Assembly: GCF_000008305.1 (NCBI RefSeq) | Contig: NC_006055.1 | Location: 750,001 to 782,000, forward strand | Source: Mesoplasma florum L1 | GTDB taxonomy: Bacteria; Bacillota_I; Bacilli_A; Mycoplasmatales; Mycoplasmataceae | Direction: 5' to 3' | DNA: 32,000 nucleotides | Part shown: in pieces, positions 31,711 through 32,000 of the stretch | Layout of the letters: the number at the start of each line of letters is the position of its first letter | Numbering within the stretch: the first letter of the stretch is position 1 | Notes under the pieces: generated by a model | Database searches by the model: none | Seen by the model: the letters and a program-made list of their open reading frames with translations, nothing else | Told to the model about the DNA's origin: nothing | Program-made: the position numbers and the translations under genes

Positions 31711-31738
31711 TAAAAAATACCTTAACAGGTATTTTAAT
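31711..31738 (-). terminator. Intrinsic terminator after the ftsH-like gene
   Basis: The minus-strand RNA forms AAAAUACC-UGUUAA-GGUAUUUU followed by additional U residues. Confidence 0.65.
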
Positions 31739-31760
31739 TTTTATAAAAACCAACTTTAAT

Positions 31761-32000
31761 CTAATCAATATCTAAATCTTCTACTTTAATGTCGATGATT
31801 TCACCTTTTTTTATTTTTTCATCTTCTTTTGCCATTCTGTTTTTTTGTTCTAAAACTTCTTCTGGCAATTTTTTATTAACATTAATGTATTCAATTTGTT
31901 CAGCAGTAATAGTTTCTAAAACCCTTAGTGATTCTGCCAATAATTCTAAAGTTTCCATATTTTCTTTAATTATTTTTAAAGCAATTTTGTATGACTCTTC
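31761..32000 (-). CDS. ftsH: C-terminal end of an FtsH-like ATP-dependent zinc protease (5' part lies outside the window)
   Basis: The translation ...EESYKIALKIIKENMETLELLAESLRVLETITAEQIEYI... resembles the conserved FtsH C-terminal helices (..ENRDKLELIAETLLEKETL.AEQI..), followed by an acidic tail. Only 79 aa are visible, so the call is tentative. Confidence 0.55.
   Translation of the reverse strand, partial: EESYKIALKIIKENMETLELLAESLRVLETITAEQIEYINVNKKLPEEVLEQKNRMAKEDEKIKKGEIIDIKVEDLDID

Noticed and set aside
1-32000. The apparent pseudogenisation of nearly every gene, seen as multiple short ORFs per gene.
   Set aside because: All interruptions are TGA codons in frame, which is explained by genetic code 4. 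I found no TAA or TAG interruptions or frameshifts in the junctions I checked.

Overview
The window is AT-rich (roughly 27% GC by eye), densely coding chromosomal DNA from a Mollicute that reads TGA as Trp (genetic code 4). Almost every conserved gene is split into several pieces in the supplied standard-code ORF track. The pieces rejoin in frame across TGA codons, so I re-derived the gene ends by hand. I count about 31 protein-coding genes and see no rRNA, tRNA, CRISPR array or mobile element. All but three genes (GNAT, topA, MBL hydrolase) lie on the minus strand. Most content is housekeeping: fba, an ABC-2 exporter, pyrG, rpoE, an HD phosphohydrolase, gltX, a DAACS symporter, an NADH-oxidase-like flavoprotein, topA, an NCS2 uracil/xanthine permease, a DUF45 metallopeptidase, ychF, a DUF951 protein, rsmG, pgsA, an APC permease, mnmG and the ftsH 3' end. 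Four things deserve a second look. (1) Gene 28357..29682 fuses a two-helix membrane anchor, an acidic linker, a lysine/alanine/proline-rich histone-H1-like tandem-repeat tract and a C-terminal HU/IHF DNA-binding domain; it looks like a membrane-tethered nucleoid protein. (2) A purine-riboswitch-fold aptamer plus intrinsic terminator sits ahead of a BMP-lipoprotein nucleoside ABC transporter and deoD. Its J2/3 and short L3 resemble the 2'-deoxyguanosine variants described in Mesoplasma florum, which hints at an Entomoplasmatales or Mesoplasma-like source. (3) A 23-codon leader ORF ahead of the uracil permease has a strong SD and a stop codon inside a 12-bp terminator stem. (4) One ABC permease carries a C-terminal extension of about 240 aa that looks like coiled coil. 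All functional calls come from reading the translations by eye. No database search was run.
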